From: Lingula anatina
Lineage: Eukaryota > Animalia > Brachiopoda
Length of the DNA stretch: 64,000 nucleotides
NCBI GenBank assembly: GCA_051362555.1
Contig: CM120640.1
Coordinates: 65,698,788 to 65,762,787 of the forward strand
Direction: 5' to 3'
Shown here: one piece after another, positions 25,358-36,670 of the stretch
How the letters are laid out: each line of letters starts with the position of its first letter
Position numbering within the stretch: position 1 is the first letter of the stretch
Position numbers and translations under genes: made by a program
Notes under the pieces: generated by a model
What the model saw: the letters and a program-made list of their open reading frames with translations, nothing else
Databases searched by the model: none
What the model was told of the DNA's origin: nothing

Positions 25358-26930
25358 CTAAGAGTTACCAAGCAGAGCAACTACTTCACTTCTTCTCTTG
25401 AATGATTTGATTATAAAGTTGGAGAGGGACACTAGAGTATCTTTTTTGGCACTGTTAAATACATGGCATAAATGACTGTCTGGTGACCTGGGATCAGCTT
25501 TTAGGATTGAGGTTTTACTTAAAAAGGTGACTCTGTCTGTTTTGTACATTGGGCATTGGAATATAAAATGGTATTCATCTTCAATTACCCCTTGGGTGCA
25601 CAGGCGACAGATTCTGTCGCACCTTTCAGTTTTTGGCCTGGTGTGCCGCCCAGTTTCGATGTGGAGTTTATGGTCACTAAGACGTAGTTTAGCAAGGGTT
25701 GACAAGGTGTCATAATTTGTTATTTTATCAACATAAGTTGCCCTTTCACACTTTTGGTTAAGTATACGGAAGAGAGACAATTTACTGTTGGCTTGAAGTT
25801 TGCTATTGCACATTTGGGTAAAGTGGTCAGTTTGTCTTTGTTTGAAAATTGTGGTGAAGTTTTTTGGAGGTGACTGGCTAAGCCACACATCTCCAAGGCC
25901 AAATGTGAAAAGGATTTTTCGGATACCCTCAGACCATGACATACAAGCTGGCCTGAGTGTGTGGACTGCGGGTGGGACATAAGGTGTCAGCAACTTGTAA
26001 CTATTTATCTCTTGTATGTATGCTTGTTTCATTAGTGTAGCATCAGACATTTGAATAATTTTACACCATAGTTGGACAGATGCAAACTGTATTTTGGTAT
26101 AGAGGGGAAGGCGGCCAAGTTCAGTGTATACACCATAGTTTGATACATTTTGATGGAGGCCAAGGATTTGTTTGCAAAATTTTAAGTGCCACTTTTCTGT
26201 AGGGCAGTTGTCCGTTGACACAGAGTAGCCCCATATCTCTGAGCAATATGTAAGGATTGGGGAAATGAGGGTATCAAATAATTTCTCTTTTAAGGATATG
26301 TTAACATTACTCTGAAGTGGAAGAGACTTTGACAGACTGAAGAATGCCTTTGTAGCACGTTGTAGGAGATAATTACTTTGGGTTTCTGTAAAGCTTCCTG
26401 ATCGATTTAGAAGGAGACCTAGATACATGTATTTGTTGACCTCTTGGATTGGTTTTCCATAAAGAAAAAATTTTTCACTGTGAGCTTTTGATTTTGAGTT
26501 GAAAATAACTATTTTAGTTTTGGTGACATTTACAGTCATTCTCCACTTGTTACAGAAATTTTCTACAATTTCCAAACTTTGCCTTAGCCCTTTGGGGGTC
26601 TTGGACATAAGGATGAGGTCATCAGCATAGAGTAAACCTTGTATTGGTATTCCATTTATATCTGGACTTGCAGCACTTTTGCCATCAATTGATCTAAGAA
26701 GGTCATCAATAAAAATATTAAAAAGAAATGGGCTCAATGTGTCACCTTGTTTTACGCCTAGTGTTGTATTAAAGGCCGGGGATATACCACTACTTGTCTT
26801 AACACATGCTTGGGAGTTTTCATACATGCTTTTAATGTTTTTATACATAAGTCCTCTTATTCCTAGAGTACTTAGCTTGAACAGTAGTCCATTCCTCCAA
26901 ACACTATCGAATGCTTTCGAAAAGTCGATG
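25358..26930 (-). CDS. LINE ORF2 remnant: reverse transcriptase plus C-terminal CCHC region (open frame, no real start)
   Basis: IDFSKAFDSVWR at the truncation point, GVKQGDTLSPFLF, LLYADDL, YMYLG, and LRLSDHKLHIETGRH...RICRLC...EDEYHFIFQC, which is typical of RTEX-type ORF2. Confidence 0.88.
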
Positions 26931-27080
26931 AAATATTAGTATCATGGATATTCAGAAAATGTGACTAGCAAAGGTCTTCAGTCCCATGAAACTTCAAAGT
27001 CACACCTTGAAAATGCTAAAATGTAAACAAGAAAGCATTTTTCTGAAATGTTTTTTTTTCAATTTTTAACAATTTTTTAA

Positions 27081-27115
<35 letters not shown>

Positions 27116-27840
27116 ACAGTTTACTGCCATTTTTATATGATCAACTAAGAAAATTGATGAGATGGGAAAAATATCAATAGAACAGTGTTAAATGTCCAAT
27201 TTCCTTCATTCTGAGATTCTGAACATACATTGTAGTGAATGATTGAATCTGACAAACTGCAATGATATGAGTTTTTTTCGATTTTTGAAACTTTATTACA
27301 CAATACACGATAACAAGTTTACCATCATTTTTACATAATCAACTAACAATGTTGTAAAGATGCAGGAAATGTCAAACAAACACTTTTAGTTAAATAATGA
27401 GACTGTTAACATGCCTAAGAATTGAATCTGAGGAAATGTGAAAAAAACAGCATAACTTCTAAAATAGTGGCCCAATTATGCTGATTTTCGAACTCAACCT
27501 GTGTTTTAGTAAGATTGATTACTCCTGTGAGTTTCATGATAACAGGCCTATCAGTTTCCCTTGAAATGTGTTTAGTGTTGCATATATGCTGAAAAGTGAA
27601 AAAACAGCATAACATCTACAACAATGGCCCGATCATTTTCAAACTTGACCTGCGTTCTATGAATATTCAGTAGCTCTGTAAATATAAAGCCAAAAAGTAA
27701 AAGTGTCTTCCACTTATCGTGTTTACACTGAAAGTGCATGGCAACAACAGACACAGGTGATGGCAATATGTACAGACATATCTGTGTCTGTACATAAAAA
27801 TAAAAAGTTCTTTGTTTCTTTTTGCTAAATTTTAAGTAAT

Positions 27841-30302
27841 TTATTGTACCACCAGCGTTAGTGCTGGCGGTACACATGGTTTTAGTCCCGTCCGGATCGT
27901 TCCGCCGGCTCCTGCGGCTCCGCCGGCTCCACCGGACGGCTACCGTTACCGCTTCTCCTCCTAGACGGTAAGGGCCCCCGTACCCATCTCTTGGATTTAG
28001 GTCACCTATAATCTCAACTCGTTCCACATAAAATTTGGGCTTTGTCGGTATTGGGGTCTAGGTGTGGCACTCATTGCAATGCACCCTTGTCTAAAAATGG
28101 CAAAATTAAATGCTAATTATCTACCCTACAGAAGGAATTATGGGAAAAATTTCTACAGACGGCTTTCCAAAAGTCATATGTGTAGATTTTAAATATGCCC
28201 TTGGATTTGACCTTTGACCTTTTTTTCAAGGTCGAACGGGCCAAAATTTTCAAAAAAATGAATTTTTTTACGAAAAAAAATTATTTGCCCTGTTATTCAG
28301 ACACCACACAGACTTAATCAATAATATTATTGGAAAGTGTTATCTTTCAGGTCATCTTTCATCTCCGTGAATTTGGGGTCAATCGGTGCATTTTCACAGG
28401 AGTAGCAGCCATAAGATACCGAAACTGAAAACTGTCTCTAATTCGGGAACCGTTAATGCTAGAGACCCATTCTTTTTTGCATTTTGTAGAGCATGTAAAG
28501 CCCAACACTGAAAGTGGTCTCCGTTTTTTTGTATTCCATACGGTTTTTCGAGTTACGCTGTATCAAAATGTACATATTGGTGGTGAAAGCAAAATGTACA
28601 GTACGGTAATGGATAATAAATTTTGAACTCCGGAAAAATAAAGGCTTGGCAAAGGAGACAACTTGTGGTCAAAAATGACATTATTTTATCAAATTTGAAC
28701 TTCTGGAACTTCAGAGCACCTCCCATTTCAAGAATTCTGACCAAAATGACCTTTTCTTAATTTTCATTAATTTTTTTCTGTAGGAAATTTCTGGCACATT
28801 ATGGTAACTCTAAAATTATAACATTTAGTCCCTTATATCTCCAAAACTGGCAGAGATAGGTCCATAGTTACTATTGAAGTTGAATAGGAAGTCATATACT
28901 GGCAATCTAAATGTGACCTTAAAATTGACCTTTGACCTACTTTTCACCATGAACTGAACTTTGCAAATTTTGCTTCCCTTTTATCTCCAAAACTGGCAGA
29001 GATAGGTCCATAGTTACTATTGAACTTGAATGGGAAGTCATATACTGGCAAGCTAAATGTGACCTTGGAATTGACCTTTGACCTACTTTTCACCATGAAC
29101 TTACCTTTGCAAATTCTGTTTCCCTTTTATCTCCAAAACTGGCAGAGATAAGTCCATAGTTACTATTGAACTTGAATAGGAAGTCATATACTGGCAATCC
29201 AAATGTGACCTTGAAATTGACCTTTGACCTACTTTTCACCATGAACTGAACTTTGCAAATTTTGCTTCCCTTTTATCTCCAAAACTGGCAGAGATAGGTC
29301 CGTAGTTATTATTGAACTTGAATAGGAAGTCATATACTGGCAATCTTACTGTGACCTTGAAATTAACCTTGGACCTACTTTTCATCATGAATTGAACTTT
29401 GCAAATTTTGCTTCCCTTTTATCTCGAAAGTTACGCTGCATCAAAAAGTACATATTGGTGGTGAAAGCAAAATGTGTAGTACGGTAATGGATAATAAATT
29501 TTGAACTCCAGAAAAATAAAACATAAGGCTTGGCAAAGCAGACAACTTGTGGTCAAAAATGACATTATTTCATAAAATTTGAACATCTGGAACTTCAGAG
29601 CACCTCCCATCTCAAGAATTTTGACCAAACTGACCTTGTCTTTATTTTAATTAATTTTTTCTGTAGGAAATTTATGGCACATTATGGTAACTCCAAAATT
29701 ATAACATTTAGTCCCTTATATCTCCAAAACTGGCAGAGATAGGTCCATAGTTACTATTGAAGTTGAATAGGAAGTCATATACTGGCAATCCAAATGTGAC
29801 CTTGGAATTGACCTTTGACCTACTTTTCACCATGAACTGAACTTTGCAAATTTTGCTTCCCTTTTATCTCCAAAACTGGCAGAGATAGGTCCATAGTTAC
29901 TATTGAACTTGAATAGGAAGTCATATCCTGGCTTGACCTTTGACCTACTTATTATCATGAACTGAGCTTATTTCTTTCTCTTTTAACTCCAAACCTGGCA
30001 GAGATAGGTCCATAGTTACTATTGAAGTTAAATAGGAAGTCATGTACTGGCAATTTACTGTGACCTTGAAATTGACCTTTGACCTACCTTACGATGAACT
30101 AAACTTTGATTGTACCATTTTTAGTTATATATATTTTTTGCATATTTTGAAAATTCTTGTTGATTGCATTTTTACAGCTTGTCAAGCACAAGACTGGTGG
30201 CTGTGTCCCTTATTTTGTGTATGTGGAGGTCTATACGAATGCGCTTACTCCAGCTGGTGGTACAATATTCGGAGGCAGTATCGCCTCTCTGATCCTCTAG
30301 TT
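27841..30302 (+). mobile_element. Non-autonomous Helentron-type element (HINE/DINE-1-like) with internal tandem repeats
   Basis: Subterminal IRs TATTGTACCACCAGC (27842-56) and GCTGGTGGTACAATA (30253-67). Short 5' fold-back (GCTGGCGGTACA), a (CCGGCT)-like microsatellite near 27900, 146-bp internal repeats, 3' hairpin GAGGC-agtatc-GCCTC (30272-87), and a CTAGTT end. Confidence 0.82.
28831..30110. repeat. 146-bp tandem repeats in two blocks created by an ~880-bp higher-order duplication
   Basis: CCAAAACTGGCAGAGATA starts at 28841, 28987, 29133, 29279, then 29724, 29870 and (variant) ~29989. The sequence starting at 28551 recurs at 29429. Confidence 0.9.
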
Positions 30303-30876
30303 CTGGGTAGCTTTCAACAGCATTATTTTTAACAGAGTAATATTTATTGTAACTACAGTTATAATTACACATCCATAAAGCTCCATATACTAGAAATTAT
30401 CTGCATCGCCCCCCCCCCCCCCAAAAAAAAAAAAAAATACCATAGAAATAATCATTACCATGTGGTAAATTTTTATTACTGTCACAGTAAATAGTTATTT
30501 ACTCAGTAATAATAATTTCTACCATGGTAGCAACTTGTACTAGTGGAAAATAATTATTGTAAGTTATGTAAATCATCATCTCTAAATTGGAAGCAATTTC
30601 TACTGTAAACAAATTTGCAGATAGTGATTTCTACGTCAGTGGTAAATAATCATTACCATCACACAGATATCTATATATAACTACAGTGAAAACTCCCAAA
30701 ATAAAATCAAAACAATAACAGAAAAGTTTTATAAGATATCTACCATAATTCAAAAACTACTTTATCAAATGCCTAAGCAGATCCAGAGGAGCATGCTGCC
30801 GAAGGGATACTGGTTCCCTCTTGTTTCTCATTATTAGTTATTTGTGTACAGTAGCCATTACAAGGATGTCTTCAGT

Positions 30877-32920
30877 ATTATTCTTTTGTATGATGTCATA
30901 CAATAAGCACCAGTAGAAAAGTTACAAAACTGTTTACAAGTAACAACAACAGAAAAGGGATAATAAAATAAATAATCAAAAACATTATTCACAATAAAAG
31001 TGACAGAAAAAATAATTACTGCTAGATATTCACAAATAATAAACTCTACATAATAAATGTGACAATTATTCTCACTAAAATGATGACAGTATTTAATATC
31101 TATATACTTTTATGATAACCCAATAATTGAATTCTGAACTGAAAATCTTTTAATTATTTTATACCCTAAACTAAATATATTGATTTTTTTATATACTACA
31201 TAAGAATACTGATGTATTTTTGCACCTTTAGAATTTTACATGAACTGTCCAAAGATATCTATCCAGTAGTAAATTTCTATTCCCATGCCTTTTTTTAAAT
31301 TCAATACATTATATACATTATTTTTTGGGACTGGAGGGTGCAGCATGAACACTCCCCCCATAAGTACTCAAAATAATTTTATTGAATAGGTTTACCAAAC
31401 AAACATTGCAATTTTTTATCTTTCAGGAACAGTGAAAAATAATCAAATCAATTCTTAAGCAAACTTTAACAATATAGTTATGTATTAATAAAACTAATTA
31501 GAAGCCTACGTTCTAACAAATAAAGTGTTACAGTATAGGTTCTCCACATTCAGGCTACCTATATTCTTTTTTCTTTTTTCCACTGCTGAATTCTCTTAAT
31601 TTTCATCACATTTTATAACATGTTATCATAAAATGTATCCAATATCTTTTCCAATAAAAAATGGAAAGTTCCAATGTTCATGATGGCTGAAAGTACAAGT
31701 ATGTCAGTTTATCTTCGGTTAGCTTTGGAACGCATATCTGGTGTACCATTGCTTTTTAGGGGACCAGAACTGAATCTCATGCTGCTGGCAATCGCCCCTG
31801 CTGAAGAAAAGCTGGTTTTGTTTGCTGCATACCTTATATCTGGTGTACCATCCCTTTTCAGGGGAGCACAACTGGAGTTTGTGCTGTACTGTAAATGGTA
31901 TTTGCCCCTGCTGAAGAAAAACTGGCTTTGTTGGCTGCATACTAGTACCTGCATTATTTTTATTGTATGATGTCATACAATAAGCACCAGTAGTAAAGTT
32001 AAAAAACTGTTAACAAGTAACAACAACAGAAAAGGGGTAATAAAATAAATAATCAAAAATATTATTCACAATTAAAGTGCCAGAAAAAAATTAATTACTG
32101 CTAGATATTCACAAATAAGAAACTCTACATAATAAATGTGACAATTATTCTCACTAAAATGATGACAGTATTTAATATCTATATACCTTTATGATAACCC
32201 AATAATTGAATTCTGAACTGAATATCTTTTAATTATTTTATAACCTAAACTAAAATTATTGATTTTTTTATATACCACATAAGAATACTGATGTATTTTT
32301 GCAACTTTAGATTTTACATGAACTGTCCAGAGATATCTATCCAGTAGTAATTTTTCTATTCCCATGCCTTTTTTTTTATTTAATACATTATTATTTTTTG
32401 GGAGCAGAGAGGGTGCAGCATGAACATTCCCCCAAAAGAACTCAAAATGATTTTATTTAATAGGTTTACCAAACATTGCAATTTTTATCTTTCAGGAACA
32501 GTGAAAAATAATCAAGCCAATTCTTAAGCAAACTTTAGCAATATAGTTATGTGCTAATAAAACTAATTACAAGCCTGCGTTCTAACAAATAAAGTGTTAT
32601 AGTATAGATTCTCCACATTCAGTGCTACCTATAACAATAATGTAAAGTTCCAATGTTCACCATGGCTGAAAGTACACATATGTCAGTTTATCTTCTGTTA
32701 GCTTTGAAACGCATATCTGGTGTACCATCCTTTTTCAGGGGACCACAACTGGAGCTTGTGCTGCGAATGATATTTGCTCCTGCTGAAGAAAAGCTGGCTT
32801 TGTTTGCTGCATACCTCATATCTGGTGTACCATCCTTTTTCAGGGGACCACAACTGGAGCTTGTGCTGTGAATGGTATTTGCCACTGCTGAAGAAAAGCT
32901 GGCTTTGTTTGCTGCATATC
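30877..32920. repeat. Tandem duplication (~1.08 kb) of the 3' end and downstream region of the BTB-PDMR gene
   Basis: 30877-~31942 aligns to 31953-~32920; for example TTGTATGATGTCATACAATAAGCACCAGTAG occurs in both. Confidence 0.9.
31709..31942 (-). pseudogene. Duplicated fragment of the last PDMR repeats of the BTB gene
   Basis: Encodes ...CAPLKRDGTPDIRYAANK...GPLKSNGTPDMRSKANRR*, a diverged copy of 32688-32920 with no upstream coding context. Confidence 0.75.
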
Positions 32921-34640
32921 TCATATCTGGTGTACCATCCTTTTTCAGGGGACCACAACTGGAGCTTGTGCTGTGAATGCTATTTGCCCCTGCTGAAGAA
33001 CAGCTGGCTTTGTTTGCTGCATACCTCATATCTGGTGTACCATCCTTTTTCAGGGGACCACAACTGGAGCTGGTTTTGTTTACTGCATACCTCATATCTG
33101 GGGTACCATCGCTCTTCAGGGGGCCGGCATTATGACTTGTGCTGCTAGGACATACCTTCAAAAGCTGGTTGGCTGGTTCTTGTTTTATGTACTCTTTGTT
33201 TTTTCGAAGTCTCATGTCTGGTGTACCATCAATATTTTGCCCCCATAGAAGATGCTTTTCTCGATTTTCTTTTCTTCTCATGTCAGGCTTGCTCTCTTTT
33301 TTAATGCGGCTAGGAATCTTGACCAAATCATCTCTGATGTCATTAAGCATGCCTTGTTTGTTTTCACGAAGTCTCATGTCTGGTGTACCATCAATATTTT
33401 GGCCCCATGGAAGAAACCATTCCCGATTTTCTTTTCTTCTCATGTCAGGCGTGCCACCTTTTTTCATGCGGCTAGGGATCTTGACCAAATCATCCCTGAT
33501 GTCGTTAAGCATGCTTTGTTTAAGATATGCCATTTTAAGTAAGTTTTCATTATTGACTATCTCGGTTAAAATTTGGTCTTTATTTTCTTTAAAGCTCATG
33601 TCTGCCTCTTCCTCTTCTTTAGATGCCCTTGGTCGCATTAGTTCTCTGTTTGCCCCGAACTTCACGTCTGGTTCCCATTCTTCTAGTATGTTTTTCTCCT
33701 CAGGTGGAACCTCCCTAGCAGAGTATTTGAAATTTTCATCTCTTTCATCAAGACTACTGCCAAAATACAGCTTTCTGCTCACAGCAACATTCTCCTCATC
33801 ACCAACACGCGTGTCATAGCATGGTGTTGATGCGGGGGGAGTGGTATAATGTGACTGGATCCAATCTGTATTTTCAAAATCATTTACATCTGCCATCCCA
33901 TGAAGAAACTGCTCACAGGCTTTTACAAGAAAAGGCCACTGATAGTGGGTCGCAGTCTTCCTAACAATCTCAACATTCTCATCATCAAGTGTGACTTCTC
34001 CTGTGTATACAGCTTTCAGTACAGTTTCTACAACAACAGCTGGTGCTTTCAGTGCAAAATGACTTCTCTTCAACAACAGAGCATTGGAGAAGATGCAAAA
34101 CACATCTGCAAGTTTTGGACTACTAGCTGCTAAGACAGAAGCATGGCATTTAAAGACATGTGGACCCTTTGGCCCAAAATCTGCTGACAGAGTTACATCT
34201 GTCAGTTCTTCCTTCTGGTACATACGACTCAAAGCTGGGTAGACATTATTGTAGTTGGCATCCGTCTCAGGATATTCATCATTGTTGTAAATGAAATCTT
34301 GGAACTCTTGCAAACACTGGTCATCTTTTTGGGTGTCCAGGACCATGTCATCAGATTCCTCAGCCCTGCCAGCACAGCCAGATATGTCTGAGACCAGGTA
34401 AGACCAAAAGCATGGTCTGGTGGCTGCAAGAAGCACAGCATGAAACCTTACTTTTGTGCCTGTTTTAGACTCCAATGTTGTGTCTACCATGTGCTCACCT
34501 TCCAGCAGCAAGGAGAAATTTTCTAATAGTTTCTGGGCAAGTTCAGTGGTATTGAATTTGAACTTAATTTTGCCGTTTCCCAAATCCGTGGAGCTGAAGA
34601 CACCCACATCAATGGCTTTTACTTTTGTCAGTTTTGACAT
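32688..34640 (-). CDS. BTB/POZ-domain protein with nine C-terminal PDMR-motif repeats (~650 aa, single coding exon)
   Basis: Acceptor ...ttttgcag|GAAG ATG at 34644/34640. Partial BTB (MVDTTLES...FHAVLLAATRPCF) and full BTB (ELTDVTL...FKCHASVLAASSP...LKAVYTGEVTLDDENV...ATHYQWPFLVKACEQFL). Then 54-aa (162-bp) and 35-aa (105-bp) repeats containing GTPDMR. Confidence 0.8.
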   Translation of the reverse strand: MSKLTKVKAIDVGVFSSTDLGNGKIKFKFNTTELAQKLLENFSLLLEGEHMVDTTLESKTGTKVRFHAVLLAATRPCFWSYLVSDISGCAGRAEESDDMVLDTQKDDQCLQEFQDFIYNNDEYPETDANYNNVYPALSRMYQKEELTDVTLSADFGPKGPHVFKCHASVLAASSPKLADVFCIFSNALLLKRSHFALKAPAVVVETVLKAVYTGEVTLDDENVEIVRKTATHYQWPFLVKACEQFLHGMADVNDFENTDWIQSHYTTPPASTPCYDTRVGDEENVAVSRKLYFGSSLDERDENFKYSAREVPPEEKNILEEWEPDVKFGANRELMRPRASKEEEEADMSFKENKDQILTEIVNNENLLKMAYLKQSMLNDIRDDLVKIPSRMKKGGTPDMRRKENREWFLPWGQNIDGTPDMRLRENKQGMLNDIRDDLVKIPSRIKKESKPDMRRKENREKHLLWGQNIDGTPDMRLRKNKEYIKQEPANQLLKVCPSSTSHNAGPLKSDGTPDMRYAVNKTSSSCGPLKKDGTPDMRYAANKASCSSAGANSIHSTSSSCGPLKKDGTPDMRYAANKASFSSAVANTIHSTSSSCGPLKKDGTPDMRYAANKASFSSAGANIIRSTSSSCGPLKKDGTPDMRFKANRR

Positions 34641-36447
34641 CTTCCTGCAAAATAATAATAATTTAATTATTTTAAATGCCTCAATAGACAGTGGCATTTG
34701 CATTAAGGTGCTTGTGAACAAACATGGAGCAAGCATGTTAAGCACACAAATATCATTTTTAGACACATTAATAATAAAATATTAGCTGTAGGACTATGAA
34801 AGTTGTAGCAAGGGTAGATCTTTTTAAAATGGAGTCTTTCGCATAAAAATAGTTGGATTTGTACTACTTCATACCAAGAATATTTTGTTTGTCTTCACTG
34901 GTAAGAAGGTTATGATTGTTTAAAAGATGAATGTTATCCAGAGTTTATAATATCAACATTAATTACAACCTTTTTTTTTTTTAGAAAGGAGGGGGGAATC
35001 AGTGAGAGTGGTTAAGACTTAATGCTATCACAGGAGGAAGTACTGTAGATTAAATCTTACTGAATATCAAAAAATGTGAGGGAAACTCTTCAGAGATACC
35101 TCTCAATGCTCTTATTTGCACCCTCTAATATCTGGATCAAAAGTCTGAGTTTTGGCAATAAATATATTACAAAACTAAGATATTTGTCAATAATTCTGCC
35201 ACAAATTTTTTTACAGATACAAATACACTGTATACATGTAGTAGGTCACCAATCATAGCCTAATGTTTTGCCCGGCAATCATTTCAGATTCTGCATTCAA
35301 AAAGTGTATGTCTAAAAAGGTTTAAGCTTCTTTGTAATATATAGTTTTAAAAGAAAGAGTAACCCATGTTGATACAGCCACAAGTTATGGCACTTTATCA
35401 GCCCTTGCTTAGCTATATCTAAGCAGGGAATTATATCGGTATAATTTCCGGTCTAAGCGACCATACACTTCATATCAAAACTGGGCAGCACATCAGGCCG
35501 AAAACATTTCATTAGCTTAAATGGACTATAAGCACCCTAACCCAATGAGTTTCACAAGCTAGTCTCAAAAAATAAAATTGAATGAATTCAAACAAAATAA
35601 CTAACGATTCAGTCATGGTTAATCATAGCTGACGTAATGGCGTCTTAATAAATATTTAAAAAAAATAATTTTACAAGGCAGATTGTATACTGTGGTCCCC
35701 AGGAGAGTAAACAATGCGATGCCTCATAGTTGTGCGGGAATGTAAAAGGGGTGGAGCCTACTTTTGAAAAGTGAAACTGTACCTGCAGTAGCTTACAGTG
35801 AATTCTATATTGTCATCCATCATTTTCTTTCTTAAGTTGTATATTTTTCAATTTTGTTGAAATTTTGTTAAAACCACAAAACTTAGTACTTAATACTGAC
35901 CTGCTTAACCTTTTTTTTTATCCCCTTCAATAATTAACGTGTTATTTATTCAGTTACTAAAAACACAGTGAGGTATATATTTTCCAACACCCTCGCACTG
36001 TACATGTATCAAAACATTGCGATAGTTGAGAACTGGGGTACATCTGGTGTGCAGTGCCCTGAGCACATGTGTTAGCTCTCTCTCTCTCTCTCGAGATCTC
36101 GTTACTCTTAGCCAAGACCGTCACTTTTTAAACAAAAAAAAAATCATTTTTATCTTGAGTATTCTAATGTCTAAGTTGGAATCTCTGCTGACAATCGCAT
36201 TTCCGACTAAAAAAAATGCATCCTTGGCTACATACACTGTAATCCCCATCAGAAAGTTTACTTTCACTTTCTGACAATGTACGTGTGTGTGCTGCACTCT
36301 CAGTAAGTCAGTGAGTGGACCATCTTCCATAAGTAGCCTACAGTTGCTTAAACTATGTAGTGAATTAAACCCTATTCCAAGCACGTACGTTTCTTGATAC
36401 AGATACAACAAATTAAGACATATAATAGACAAACATCCCTGACTTAC

Positions 36448-36670
36448 TTGCAACTGGCTAAATCTCAGCAGTGAATCTTTCAGTCTTGGCTCAACGAGAA
36501 GGTGGTGTAGCTGACCCAGATAGATAGGAATGTAGGCCACTCGTTTAGGGACGCTTGGACCTTGGACCCAATCGAAACTAAATCCTGGTGTTAAACAAGA
36601 GTAAACATGCGCAAAAAATTTCAGCTACGTCATGCGCACGTGATGTAAACATAAAACACGTGTACGTATA
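36448..36670 (-). promoter_or_regulatory. Probable promoter and non-coding first exon of the BTB-PDMR gene
   Basis: Minus-strand donor GCAA|GTAAGTC at 36447. NRF1-type CATGCGCA at 36606 and 36631; CACGTG E-boxes at 36637 and 36657; locally CpG-rich. Confidence 0.45.

Larger units (their letters stand above)
20291..26930 (-). mobile_element. 5'-truncated RTEX-like non-LTR retrotransposon, interrupted by a Gypsy element
   Basis: (TTGAA)n tail preceded by AATAAA at ~20291-20316 (minus strand). RT ORF from ~26930 down to 25358. Apparent TSD AAATATT at 20284-90 and 26931-37. Confidence 0.85.
19435..27030. repeat. About three units of a 339-bp tandem repeat, the third split by the LINE/LTR insertion (repeat parts ~19435-20290 and 26931-27030)
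   Basis: TTACATAATG recurs at 19561, 19900 and 20239 (period 339). Unit 3 breaks at AAATATT 20284-90 and resumes at 26931 with AAATATTAGTATCATGGATATTCAG, as in unit 2. Confidence 0.85.

Noticed and set aside
27572-28027. 151-aa ORF with RRSRRSRR
   Set aside because: It crosses the HINE 5' boundary, and the Arg/Ser run comes from the element's GC microsatellite.
28553-29628. Paired 63/65-aa ORFs MV(R/K)ILEMGGALKFQ
   Set aside because: By-product of the ~880-bp duplication inside the non-coding HINE.
28831-30110. Regularly spaced repeats as a CRISPR array
   Set aside because: The whole 146-bp unit repeats with no unique spacers, there are no cas genes, and the context is eukaryotic. It is the core of a HINE.
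33139-33819. 226-aa plus-strand ORF and other overlapping ORFs at 31674-34785
   Set aside because: Antisense or alternative-frame shadows of the repetitive BTB-PDMR coding sequence.
34641-34766. N-terminal 42 aa of the 692-aa ORF call
   Set aside because: It begins at a non-ATG codon in AT-rich sequence upstream of a good acceptor at 34645-46, so it is most likely intron. The start is taken as ATG 34640.
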